This document shows positions 1 through 9,865 of a DNA stretch of 64,000 bases, piece by piece. The number at the start of each line of letters is the position of its first letter. Within the stretch, counting starts at the first letter, position 1. The translations under genes and the position numbers were made by a program. Source of the DNA: Fidelibacterota bacterium (GTDB lineage Bacteria; Fidelibacterota; Fidelibacteria; Fidelibacterales; Fidelibacteraceae); contig JAXHNS010000002.1 in NCBI GenBank assembly GCA_034520235.1, positions 144,045 to 208,044 on the forward strand. Direction: 5' to 3'. The notes under the pieces were generated by a model that saw only the letters and a list, made by a program, of their open reading frames with translations, was not told the DNA's origin and did no database searches.

Positions 1-117
1 GTTGATCAGGTATTGATCAATCTGGCACAGGAATCTTTCAACGTCATGCTAATGGGCGCCGTCATCGGTGCAGCTGTGGGTATTGTTCTGGGATATTTTA
101 TCCTCGGCAGAAAATAA
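1..117 (+). CDS. 3' end of an unidentified membrane protein (partial, runs off the window start)
   Basis: Frame 1 is open from base 1 to TAA at 115-117. The translation VDQVLINLAQESFNVMLMGAVIGAAVGIVLGYFILGRK ends in one hydrophobic helix. No family is recognisable. Confidence 0.25.
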   Translation, partial: VDQVLINLAQESFNVMLMGAVIGAAVGIVLGYFILGRK

Positions 118-224
118 AGAACACAACGGGGTTCCCAAAGGAACCACAACGATGTCTTACATTTGGAGTGATGGAAATCGCTCCGGTACAGTCGAAACAA
201 GCACGCAATCTTCAGAGATTTGAA

Positions 225-983
225 ATGAAAAAATGTAAACGAATTTCAACGATCATTTCGGGTCGTTGGCTCAGTTTTTTTGCAGTAACGGTTCTTGCAC
301 TTGCATTGATCATACCGACTGCTGCAAAAAGCGCAACCGCGGTAGACCTTGGAGCTGCGGGCAACTATGTGATTCTGGCACAATCAGGAATAACCACTAC
401 CGGCACATCTGCCATTACGGGAGATTTGGGGCTTTCCAGTTCCGCTTCATCGTATACGGGATTTGGCCTTATAATGGATGCGGACAGTGCGTGGTCAACC
501 TCCTCAATAGTAACCGGAAAAATATACGCATTCGATTATGCTGATCCAACGCCAACTAATCTTACGACAGCAGTCGGTGACATGGGAACAGCGTATACAG
601 ACGCCAATAGTAGAGCTGTTGATTTCAACAATCTGTACGCCGGAGATATCAGCGGACAAACGCTTGCGCCGGGTGTATACAAGTATACCACAGCTCTCTT
701 AATAAACACCCAGGTCACCTTCGATGCCGGTGATGATACGAATGCGGTTTGGATCTTTCAGGTTGACCAAAACGTTGCCATGGCTTCGAATATTAGTGTC
801 ATTTTAGCCAATGGTGCGCAGGCACAGAACATCTTCTGGGCACTGGCCGGTCAGATGGATATTGGCACGAATTCTCATTTTGAAGGTATTGTTCTGTCAT
901 ATACAGCTATTAATTTTCAAACGGCTGCATCATTTAACGGAAGAGCATTGGCTCAAACAGCGGTAACACTGGATGCAAAATAA
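225..983 (+). CDS. secreted DUF3494 / ice-binding-like family protein
   Basis: ORF 168-983, with the likely start at ATG 225 (MKKCKRISTII..., then a signal-like segment LSFFAVTVLALALIIPTAAKSA). The mature part matches, from memory, the DUF3494 beta-solenoid pattern: LGAAGNYVILAQSGITTTG.SAITGDLG, TLAPGVYKY, NAVWIFQV, ILANGAQAQNIFWALAG, GRALAQTAVTLD. Confidence 0.8.
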   Translation: MKKCKRISTIISGRWLSFFAVTVLALALIIPTAAKSATAVDLGAAGNYVILAQSGITTTGTSAITGDLGLSSSASSYTGFGLIMDADSAWSTSSIVTGKIYAFDYADPTPTNLTTAVGDMGTAYTDANSRAVDFNNLYAGDISGQTLAPGVYKYTTALLINTQVTFDAGDDTNAVWIFQVDQNVAMASNISVILANGAQAQNIFWALAGQMDIGTNSHFEGIVLSYTAINFQTAASFNGRALAQTAVTLDAK

Positions 984-1034
984 TATCAATCAGCCTAGTG
1001 GGATTTCAACCTCGAGCGGTAGGCGATGGAAATG

Positions 1035-1307
1035 TAGCCGAGGATTATTCTATTGGCGCTTCTTCATGCCAATCCTTTCAATCCTGTGTGTATCGTGCCA
1101 GCTGAATCTTTTACGGTCAGCGCCAATGTGAATGCTGTTCTGTATGATATCAATGGACGCTTGATAAGAGGACTTCACAACGGTGCTTTAGCAGCAGGTT
1201 CTTATGATCTGAAAATTGACGGCGCAGGCCTGAGCACAGGCATTTATTTTGTGCATGTGCGCGTGAATGATGCACTGCATGTGCAGAAGATTGCGTTGAT
1301 GAAATAA
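1035..1307 (+). pseudogene. detached type IX secretion (Por) C-terminal sorting domain, probably the frame-disrupted 3' end of 225-983
   Basis: 1053-1307 translates to ..HANPFNPVCIVPAE..VLYDINGRLIRGLHNGALAAGSYDLKIDGAGLSTGIYFVHVRVNDALHVQKIALMK. It has the same NPFNP...GIYF...K.ALMK layout as the C-terminus of 16865-20782. It has no signal peptide or plausible start of its own. The 70 nt after the stop at 981-983 contain stops in the shared frame, but an alternative frame is open (ISISLVGFQPRAVGDGNVAEDYS). Confidence 0.6.
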
Positions 1308-1336
1308 AAAGCAGGAAGTGCTGAACATATATAAAG

Positions 1337-1366
1337 AGCCGCCTTTCCCGGGCGGCTTTTTATTTT
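1337..1366 (+). terminator. intrinsic terminator after the T9SS-CTD fragment
   Basis: AGCCGCC-tttcccg-GGCGGCT hairpin followed by a T-run. It is nearly identical to the hairpin at 20806-20832 that follows the other CTD-encoding gene. Confidence 0.6.
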
Positions 1367-1401
1367 ATCACAGAATAATTAATCACCCCCAAGAATCCGA
1401 G

Positions 1402-2409
1402 TGTAATACGTCATATCTGAATGGACATTTTTCTGTTTAATTTAAAATACACTTCAAGACCTCATAGGGAGTTTTACCGTCAAAAGCGCCGTGTGGTCTG
1501 TCAAAGTTATAAAAGTTCTCCCAAGCTTCCAATTTTTTATTTAAATCAACATCATCCGTATAAGTCAATAATTGATAAAACTCCTCTTGATCCGTCCGAT
1601 GAGACCGTTCAACCTTACCGTTCAATTGAGGAGTGCGAGGTTTAATATAAATATGCCGGATCCCCTTATCTTCTACATGCCAGTGAAACCTGGCTTGAAA
1701 TTCATGTCCACGATCTGTTCTGACCGTATGGATCCGGAACGGAAACTTCTCGATAACATAATCAATAAAATCCATTGCGCTCTGCTGATTATGTTTCTGA
1801 TACATTTTAAGAGCTCTTATACGAGTAGCATCATCAATAGCAGTATATTGGAATCGTCGTACTTTCATGGCCCTCAGAATCGATTAAAAAGGCGAATTTG
1901 ACATCAACTTGAACCTGATGTCCCGGAACTTTCTTTGCATATCGTTTTGTATAAAGAGTTTTTTTTGATGCTGTTTTAGAGAGGCGATTTAGGCCGTTTC
2001 TGACAAGTGTCCGGGTTACACTTGACTCAGAGACTGTGATTCCATCATAACGTTCTAAATACCATGTGATTCGTTTTGATCCGAGTTGATAGTTTTGACG
2101 AAAGTCCAGTATTTTTTCAATGGTTTCTTGTGGTATCCTTTTGGAATGATTATAGGGTATTCGGTTTCTTTCTTCTTAATCCTTCGAATCCTTCTTTGTC
2201 ATAAACCTTCTTCCAATTATAGAAAGTTGATCTATTTACATTGAATTCCCGGCGCGCTTCATGGCAATTACCAATACCTTTTGCATATTCAAGTATAATC
2301 CTTTTCCGATGCATTCTCACTAATTCTTGTGCTTCATCGCTCATTTTTCAATCTCCTGTTACACCTTATAATTTAGGCAAAAGTGTCCAGAAAGATATGA
2401 CGTATTACA
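1402..2409 (-). mobile_element. IS481-family insertion sequence (1008 bp)
   Basis: Perfect 17-bp terminal inverted repeats: TGTAATACGTCATATCT at 1402-1418 and its reverse complement at 2393-2409. They enclose a single transposase gene. I could not identify a target-site duplication. Confidence 0.8.
1437..2344 (-). pseudogene. IS481-family DDE transposase, frame broken about twice
   Basis: N-terminal HTH piece at 2150-2344 (RREFNVNRSTFYNWKKVYDKEGFEGLRRKKP). Middle piece in another frame (KRITWYLERYDGITVSESSVTRTLVRNGL...PGHQVQVDVKF). Integrase-core piece at 1437-1868 (YTAIDDATRIRAL...DRGHEFQ...KPRTPQLNGKVERSHRTDQEEFY). Confidence 0.75.
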
Positions 2410-2415
2410 ATCACA

Positions 2416-2575
2416 GCTTTAAAAAACATTTACTTGAAAAAGGGGTGAAACTTCGTTAAACTTAAATACTTATTGGATAACATAAACATAAGGGAGATAT
2501 CGTATATTACTCCTAAATGGAATGATAAACAAAATATGGTGTATACATATGCTTTATACGACATTCAAAAAATAT
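2416..2575 (+). repeat. copy A of a ~165-bp promoter-bearing intergenic repeat (partner at 8066-8240)
   Basis: It begins GCTTTAAAAAACATTTACTTGAAAAAGG.GTG, 7 nt after the IS481 right end, and aligns with 8066-8240 over most of its length. It contains the IS-end-like word GATATCGTATATTAC and the word ATAAACAAAATATGGTGTATACATAT. Confidence 0.6.
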
Positions 2576-2722
2576 TTTTCTAACGGAGGATATGGAATGA
2601 TAGGCTTTTAAAAGGAGATAAATTTGATTTTTTCTAAAACAAAAAAGGGGGATAATATGGTGTTTCCTTCACTTCGTTACGAAAACGATTTATTTATAAA
2701 CTTTAATTTATAACTATAAAAT

Positions 2723-3529
2723 ATGAAGTCAGTAATCAAAAAAGACTCAGGGCAAAAAGGCAAAACATTAGCTGTTTTTTGTGGAGTTCATGGAAATGAG
2801 AAAGCAGGAGTATATGCTGTAAATAAAATTTTAAATAACATTGAAATCAAAAAAGGAGTTGTTTATTTTGTCTTTGCTAACCCGAAAGCTATTGAAGAAA
2901 ATAAAAGGTTTATTGATAAAAATTTAAACAGATGTTTTACTGATAACCAAGAAGGTAAATCTTACGAAGAAAAAAGAGCTAAAGATTTAATAAAAATTTT
3001 AGAACTATCAGATGCACTTCTAGATGTTCATGCAAGTAATAGTTCTGAAACTATTCCATTTGTAATTACTGAAAATGGTTTCGATGTCGTAAAAAATATG
3101 AATTTTGAAATTATTGCTACTGGTTTTGATAATCTTGAGCCTGGAGCAACTGATGAATTCATGAAAAATAAAGGAAAGATTGGGATCTGTATAGAGTGTG
3201 GCTATTCAGGAAAAAGCGAGGAAAATACAGATATAGCATATAATTCTATTTTACAATTTTTACAATATTTTGATGCTATAGATCATATAATTTCAAACGA
3301 TTATCCCGATCAAAAAGTGTTACATGTTGATACTGTTCAAAAAGTAACATCAAAAGAATTTACATTAACAAAGACATTTAGAGACTTTGAAACTATTGAA
3401 AAAGGTTTTATTATTGCCAAAGATGAAACAAAAGTATATGTTGCTGATAAGGAAAGAGTTATTTTATTTGGAACTCCAGGAAGACCAATTGGAGCCGAAG
3501 CTTATATTTTGGGTACTTGGAAAAAATAA
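2723..3529 (+). CDS. succinylglutamate desuccinylase / aspartoacylase (AstE/AspA) family zinc hydrolase
   Basis: Intact 268-aa ORF. It has an N-terminal GVHGNEKAG (HxxE zinc motif) and a later LLDVHAS histidine, the layout of M14-like AstE/AspA deacylases as I recall it. It lies on the same strand as, and 168 nt upstream of, cyanophycinase. Confidence 0.65.
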   Translation: MKSVIKKDSGQKGKTLAVFCGVHGNEKAGVYAVNKILNNIEIKKGVVYFVFANPKAIEENKRFIDKNLNRCFTDNQEGKSYEEKRAKDLIKILELSDALLDVHASNSSETIPFVITENGFDVVKNMNFEIIATGFDNLEPGATDEFMKNKGKIGICIECGYSGKSEENTDIAYNSILQFLQYFDAIDHIISNDYPDQKVLHVDTVQKVTSKEFTLTKTFRDFETIEKGFIIAKDETKVYVADKERVILFGTPGRPIGAEAYILGTWKK

Positions 3530-3696
3530 GTAGCATTTTAGATGTTAAATTGTAAAAATATCGGTATCCTTGCAACTGGTTTTTTAGAAATCGCTAAATG
3601 GGTTCTGCGATTTTTTGAATCAAATAAGAAAAATGAATTTTTTAAAACCCAACATTATTATAACCTGATAAATTTTCAATCAGATCGAGGTCAAAG

Positions 3697-4578
3697 GTGA
3701 AAAAACCAAATAATAGGCTTTCAAAAATTGATGAGTATATACCTCAGGGCCTGCTGGTGGCCATTGGAGGAAGAGAGGATAAGGAAGAAGATTTAGAGAT
3801 TTTATCTACCCTTGTTTCCCTTGTTAATGCTGAGGTTCCAAAGATTGAAATCATAACTACGGCAACAAGCTCTCCTGAAGAAACCAGCCAGGAGTATATT
3901 GCTGCTTTTTCCAGGGAAGGAAAAAGTTCTGTCGGTATTCTTAATATTGACAGTAGAGAGGCTGCTGTAGAACCTGAATTATTAGAGCGGATTAAGGCTG
4001 CCGATATAATTTTTTTTACCGGTGGAGATCAGTTGAGAATCACCAGTATTCTGGCTGGATCGCCAATTATTGATGAGATAAAGCGGAGATATCTGGAAGA
4101 ACATTGTATTATAGCTGGTACCAGTGCTGGTGCTGCGGCGATGTCCAGGACTATGATTTATGGCGGAGACAGCAGTGAAGCTCTCAAGAAAGGTTCTGTT
4201 AATCTTGGAGATGGGATCGGTTTAATAGATAATGTGATAATAGATACCCATTTCGTTGAACGAGGAAGATTTAGCAGGTTGATGCAGGTTTTAAGCATTA
4301 ATCCAACAAATGTAGGGATAGGTTTAGGTGAAGATACTGGAATTATTATTGAAAAAGGCCATATCATTAAGGCCATCGGGAACGGTTTGGTTGTAATTTT
4401 TGATGGCCAGGATCTAAAATATTCAAATGTGGCTGATATCAGATATGATGAAGCAATTGCAATGGAGAACTTGATAGTACACACAATTGTCGATGGTCAT
4501 GGTTATGATTTAAGGGCAAGAAAATACCTGCGTCCAAGAAATTTAAATCGAATTACTGGACTGGAAAAGAGAGATTAA
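3697..4578 (+). CDS. cphB: cyanophycinase (peptidase S51)
   Basis: Intact 293-aa ORF with GGRED..., FTGGDQLRI, the GTSAGAAAMS nucleophile-elbow motif and IDTHFVERGRFSRL. No signal peptide, so it is likely intracellular. Its stop lies 1 nt before the cphA start. Confidence 0.85.
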   Translation: MKKPNNRLSKIDEYIPQGLLVAIGGREDKEEDLEILSTLVSLVNAEVPKIEIITTATSSPEETSQEYIAAFSREGKSSVGILNIDSREAAVEPELLERIKAADIIFFTGGDQLRITSILAGSPIIDEIKRRYLEEHCIIAGTSAGAAAMSRTMIYGGDSSEALKKGSVNLGDGIGLIDNVIIDTHFVERGRFSRLMQVLSINPTNVGIGLGEDTGIIIEKGHIIKAIGNGLVVIFDGQDLKYSNVADIRYDEAIAMENLIVHTIVDGHGYDLRARKYLRPRNLNRITGLEKRD

Positions 4579-4579
4579 A

Positions 4580-7211
4580 ATGAGAATATTAGAGATAAGA
4601 GCTTCAAGAGGTCCTAATTTATATAGCCTTTGGCCGGTGATCTTCATGAAACTGGATATCGGTAGCCTGGAAGAGCAGCCGACAGACCTGGTGTCCGGTT
4701 TCAGAACCATGCTAGAAGAGATGATGCCTTCTCTATATGAGCATACATGTTCTCCAGGAAGGCCAGGCGGTTTCTTTGAGCGGATTGAACGGGGCACCTG
4801 GGCCGGTCATGTAGTCGAGCATGTTGCCATTGAACTTCAAGGATTAACAGAGAATGAAGTTTCCTTCGGGAAATCATTTAGCACAGAAGAAGATACAGTC
4901 TATAATATTGTCTATGGCTATATTGATGAAAATGTAGGTCTGAAGGCTGGCAAGTTTGCTGTGGAAATTGTAGAAAAGTTATTTCAGGGAGAAATTACTA
5001 AGATTGAACCTCTGGTCTATCAACTAAAAAAGATTAGAGATGCCAGTCTGCTTGGCCCTTCGACTGAGGCCATTGTCAAAGGAGGCAAAACAACGAGGTA
5101 TTCCACATATTAGATTGAATGAATATAGTTATATGCAATTAGGTCACGGACGTTACCAACGGCGAATTCAGGCCACATTAATGGACAGCACCTCAGCCAT
5201 AGGTGTTGAGATCGCCGATGATAAGGAATATACCAAAAAGATACTGGCTGAGATAGGGATTCCTGTGCCTGAAGGTAATTCAGTAGGCGACCCTGACGAG
5301 GCCAGGTCAGTTGCTGATAAATTAGGCTATCCAGTAGTTGTTAAGCCCATGGTGGGTAATCATGGCCGGGGTATTAGTATTGATATTCAGGATGAAGAGA
5401 GAGCTGGAAACTGCCTATCAGGTGGCAAAGAAAGTCTGTGCTGATGCTTTTAAATAGAAAAACTTCTGGTTGGCAGAGATTTTCGGATTCTGGTGATTAA
5501 TGGTAAGTTTGTGGCAGCGGCAAAAAGAGAACCGGCTTTTGTAATCGGCGATGGCAGTTCTACAGTTCAGGAATTGATAGCTGAAGTTAATAATGACCCT
5601 AAGCGAGGCGTTGGCCAGTGAAAAGAATCTGACCAGGATAACTATCGATACCATGACAGAAAGGATTCTGGCAGGTAAAGATATGTCTCTTGAGACTGTA
5701 TTACCAGCAAAAGAAAAACTCTGTGTTAAATCGACGGCTAACCTCAGGCTCTGGGGGAACTTGCTATAAATGTGACTCAAGGAAGGTCCCATCCTCTGGT
5801 GAAATTGATGGCCGAGAGAAATCGCCAGGATAGTTAGCCTGGATGTTATCGGGATCGATATTGTTGCTCTCGACATTGCAGGAACCACTTCAGAAAAATA
5901 TTGGTGGTGTAGTTGAAGTTAATGCCGCCCCCGGCTTTGGGATGCATCTTGATCCAACTGGAAGAAGCCAGCCGATTAATGTTGGAGTTCCAGTGGTCGA
6001 TATGCTCTTTCCTCCTGGAGTTTATCAACCAGTGCCAATTGTTGCTGTTACCGGGACCAATGGCAAAACGACTACTGTCAGGCTGATTGCCCATATTCTG
6101 GGCTTAAACGGAAGTACTGTCGGCATGACATCTACTGATGCTGTCGTTATTGATAATATTCCGGTGCTTGAGGGTGATTTTCATGATCCATCGGGGCCAG
6201 GGCTGTTTTAACAGATGCAACCATCGATCATGCCGTCCTGGAAATTGCTAGAGGCGGTATTCTGCGTCGGGGCTTAGGTTCTGGGCTGATGTTGGAGTAT
6301 TGCTTAATGTCAGTTCTGATCATCTTGGCAAAGGGAAATCGATCCCTTAGAAGATCTGGCCGGGCTTAAATCAACTGTCATTGAAGCAGTGAAATCTGAT
6401 GGCCATGCAGTTATAAATGCTGATGATCCTCTGGTTCTTGCCTGCCAGGAACTGCCAGGGCCAATCCAATATTATTTTCAACTAATCCAGAGAGCCCTGC
6501 CCTGCAGGAAAATCTGATAATGGCAATATGAATATTTATCTATCAGGATGGGAATATAGTTATCAAGAAGGAAGGTTGGGAATCAGTAGTTGCCAGTGCT
6601 GCAGAGATTCCAATAACCTTTGGTGGTAAAGCTATCTTTAATATTATAAACGTTCTTGCTGCTGTAGCCGCAGTTTCAGCTCTAGGTTTAAATGCCAAGC
6701 AGATTAGAGCTGGCCTGGTTAGCTTCAGTGCATCTCTAGGCCAATTACCTGGCAGGATGAATATCATTGAGATTAATGATTTCAAAGTTGTTATCGATTA
6801 TGGCCATAATGTTGGAGCGATTAAAGCGGCTGGAAACTTTACTAAATAGTCTCTCCTCAGGCAGAATAATTAGAATGGCTTCAGGGTACAGGCAACCGGA
6901 GAAGAACGAAGACATTATAGAATTTGGCGATACACTGGCCCGGTGTTATCGACCATATAATCATCTGTGATCCAGGACCCCAGGAATCAGAAAAGCTGGG
7001 GAAGCTGCAGAACTGTTACATCAAGGCTTATTAGCCGGTGGTTTTAAGGCTGATATGATAGATATTATGTTAGATGAACATCAAGCTACAAAAACTGCTC
7101 TGGCCATCGGCTGAACCTGATGATGTCAATTGTACTTGCAAGCAGATAATATAGGACCAGGTTATCAGTGATGTGCTGGCTTTTAAGAATAAATCTGATG
7201 AAAAATTATAA
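4580..7211 (+). pseudogene. cphA: cyanophycin synthetase, reading frame broken at least six times
   Basis: Pieces in all three frames:
- N-domain MRILEIRASRGPNLYS...
- ATP-grasp part GIPHIRLNEYS...YTKKILAEIGIPVPEG...GYPVVVKP..GNHGRGIS
- Mur-ligase part VVEVNAAPGFGMHLDP...VAVTGTNGKTTTVRLIAHIL
- C-terminal end ...DDVNCTCKQ / QVISDVLAFKNKSDEKL, with the stop at 7209-7211

The breaks could be indel errors in A/T homopolymers rather than true decay. Confidence 0.75.
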
Positions 7212-7655
7212 TGGAACAATAAACTGCCTGGCGGTTCTAGCAAACTTGCCATTATACCCCATCTGTAATTTTAGATCTTTCTCTTCTAAGACGGTTACAT
7301 CTATCTTAAGATTCTTCTGGTTGTACAGTTTTTTTCAATGAACGCTAACACGCAATATAGCCAAAGGCGGGGGAAGTAGAAACTTGAAACGTCTTACCCC
7401 CATCAAGGTTTGTAACGGTGAATAAGGGCGAAGCCCGGAAACCGCCACTGGTCATCTTGCGGGGGCGTTATATGAAATAAATAATGAAAGAAATGACTCT
7501 TATTACTTCCCATTGGCAAACGAAAATTCAGTAAAAAAGCGTCCTTAATAAAGCGATATTCGCAATAATTAATCTTTCCGAGGATCATGGGTGCCTTTAA
7601 AACCCAGGGCCGTATTTTTTCCACCTGATAAACAAATCCCCAGAAATCTTTACAG

Positions 7656-7942
7656 TTAAACAAGAAACGCGTCAAGCATGTTAGCAACGCCTTCAACATT
7701 CCTGATGGAGTAATATATCTCAACACCCTTGCGTTCTTTTGTGACAATATTTACACTCTTGAATTTATTAAGATGCTGGGAAACGGTTGCAGGCTTTATA
7801 TCTATGCATGTTTCCATATCCATAACCCGTGTCGGTCCGTTTTCCGTAAGACCCTTTCGCACGAGATAGCCAAACGCACCGGATGTGCAATGGCTTTCAA
7901 TATGTCCGCTTTGCGTTGCAGGGTTTTATCATCGATACTCAT
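7656..7942 (-). CDS. ArsR/SmtB-family HTH transcriptional regulator (one frame break near 7870)
   Basis: ATG at 7942 with GGAGG upstream gives MSIDDKTLQRKADILKAIAHPVRLAI. It continues in another frame as LVRKGLTENGPTRVMDMETCIDIKPATVSQHLNKFKSVNIVTKERKGVEIYYSI. Confidence 0.6.
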
Positions 7943-8065
7943 ATTGCCTCCTTGTGATGTTTTTTAAATATATAATTTTCCAGTATATAATCAAACATTT
8001 TTTAATATTGTCTATCCTGTTATTGGCATTACATCCTGTGTTTCCACATGCGCTATCGTGCATAC

Positions 8066-8240
8066 GCTTTAAAAAACATTTACTTGAAAAAGGAGTGGAT
8101 CTTCGTTATAATCAAGAAGTTGTTGAATAACCTATACATAAGGTAGAAATAAACACAATATGACGTATATTACTTCAGAAAATGGAAGGATAAACGCAAT
8201 ATGGCGTATACATATACGTTATAGCCAATGCTAAAAAGAC
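8066..8240 (+). repeat. copy B of the ~165-bp promoter-bearing intergenic repeat
   Basis: It aligns with 2416-2575. It holds two direct copies of ATAAAC(A/G)CAATATG(A/G)CGTATA (about 8150-8173 and 8190-8213). The first resembles the IS481 right end (AATATGACGTATATTAC versus AGATATGACGTATTACA). Confidence 0.6.
8084..8112 (+). promoter_or_regulatory. sigma-70-like promoter inside repeat copy B
   Basis: TTGAAA (8084-8089), a 17-nt spacer, then TATAAT (8107-8112), about 175 nt upstream of the ATG at 8288. Copy A has TTGAAA-N17-TAAACT at the equivalent place. Confidence 0.4.
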
Positions 8241-8287
8241 ATCGTACCTTTGAGATTAATAAATAATATTCTAAATACCCGGAAAAC

Positions 8288-9865
8288 ATGAAAAAAAAGA
8301 ATGACAAAAATGAAACTCCTGTTTCTAAGCAATCCAAGAAGCAAATTTCTACTCCAATAGGTTTTCCAAATCGTAGGTGTTGGCGCATCGGCAGGAGGGC
8401 TGGAAGCGTTGGAACAGTTTTTTGGCAATATGCCCTCCAGCAGCGGAATGGCTTTCCGTGGTTATTCAGCACCTTGACCCCAACCACAAGGGTATAATGC
8501 CCGAACTTTTGCAGCGGATAACCGAAATGAAAGTTGTTCAGGTAACAGACCATTTGCCGGTGCATGCAAATCATGTGTATGTGATACCGCCAAACAAAAA
8601 CATGTCAATTTTAAACGGCCGTTTGCATCTGTTTGAGCCAATTGAAATGCGTGGTTTGCGACTTCCCATTTGATTATTTTTTACGCTCACTTGCCGAAGA
8701 GCGGCAGGAAAAAAGTATTGGCGTTATTCTTTTCGGGCATGGGATACAGACGGCAGTTTTGGGGCTAAAAGCAATAAAAGAAAAAAACGGTATTGTGCTG
8801 ATACAAGACCCTTTAACGGCAAAATTTGACGGCATGCCACGTAGTGCAATAAATGCAGTGACGGCAGATATTTTGCGAGCAGTCAGCGACCCGAACTTCC
8901 GGCAAAACTGATCGCTTTTCTTAATCATCGTCCGAAAACAGTGCAGAAAGGTGAAATTGATTATAAAAGTAAAAGCAATCTCGAAAAAATCATTATTTTG
9001 CTTCAGTGCGCAAACCGGTCACGATTTTTTATTTTATAAAAAAAATACGCTGTTGCGGCGTATAGAAAGACGAATGAATGTTCATCAAATTGATAAAATC
9101 GCAAGTTATGTTCGTTTTTCACAGGAAAATCCGAACGAGTTGGATATACTTTTCAAAGAATTACTGATTGGGGTTACAAGGTTTTTCCGTGATACTGTTG
9201 TTTGGGAAAAGCTGAAAGAGAAAGTATTACCCGATTTATTTAACCGAATGCCCGACGGACATGTTTTTCGGGCGTGGGCCACAGGTGCTCTGCCGGCTGA
9301 AGAAGCCTATTCCCTTGCAATTGCTTTTAAGGAAGCGTATGAAAAAGTAAAAAATAAAAAAAGATTCACACTCCAAATATATGCCACCGACATCGATAGC
9401 GATGCCATTGAAAGAGCCCGAAAAAGGATTTTTTAGTCAAAATATTCATGCAGATGTTTCGCCCGAAAGGCTTAAACGGTTTTTCATAAAAGAAGAAACT
9501 GGTTTTCATGTAAATCCTGCCATTCGCGAAATGGTTATTTTTGCACCCCACAATGTGATTAAAGACCCTTCATTTACTAAATTAGACCTTCTTTTGTGCC
9601 GGAATTTATTGATTTACTCAGAACCCGAATTGCAAAAAAAACTGATGAATTTGTTTCATTACAGTCTAAAGTGCGGTGGCGTAATGATACTTGGCACAAC
9701 GCAGAAAATGAAAACTCTCAAAACAAACAATTTATAACAATCGATGCGAAATCCGAAAAATTTCTAAACGCTCCGCAGTTCCCGTATCCCCAGAAACGGT
9801 CGATTTCCCAAGTTCGTTTACACCTTCAAAGCAATACTGCTACAATTAAAACGCAAGCTGTGTCT
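8288..9865 (+). pseudogene. 5' part of a hybrid CheB methylesterase - CheR methyltransferase - PAS - histidine kinase - receiver gene (frame-broken, then cut by IS3)
   Basis: CheB-like part: [77 protein letters not shown]. CheR-like part: YKKNTLLRRIERRM, LLIGVTRFFRD, EEAYSLAIAF, IYATDIDSDAIERAR, LLLCRNLLIY. These are spread over three frames. Confidence 0.8.

Noticed and set aside
6-200. 64-aa minus-strand ORF at the window start.
   Set aside because: It lies antisense to a plus-strand frame that is open from base 1 and ends in a clean TM helix plus stop. It also runs into the promoter region of the DUF3494 gene. It has no features of a real gene.
7397-7465. Structured-looking segment CCCCC...GGTGAATAAGGGCGAAGCCCGGAAACCGCCACTGGTCATCTTGCGGGGG, containing a B12-box-like GCCACTG. 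I considered it as a cobalamin riboswitch or other ncRNA.
   Set aside because: The upstream conserved cobalamin-riboswitch elements are not in the expected arrangement. No plus-strand gene follows it. It overlaps the unexplained minus-strand ORF 7403-7747. The evidence is too weak to call.
7403-7747. 114-aa minus-strand ORF downstream of, and overlapping, the ArsR gene.
   Set aside because: No recognisable family and no ribosome-binding site. It overlaps the ArsR 3' end by 92 nt. It may hide a frame-broken real gene, but I cannot support a call.
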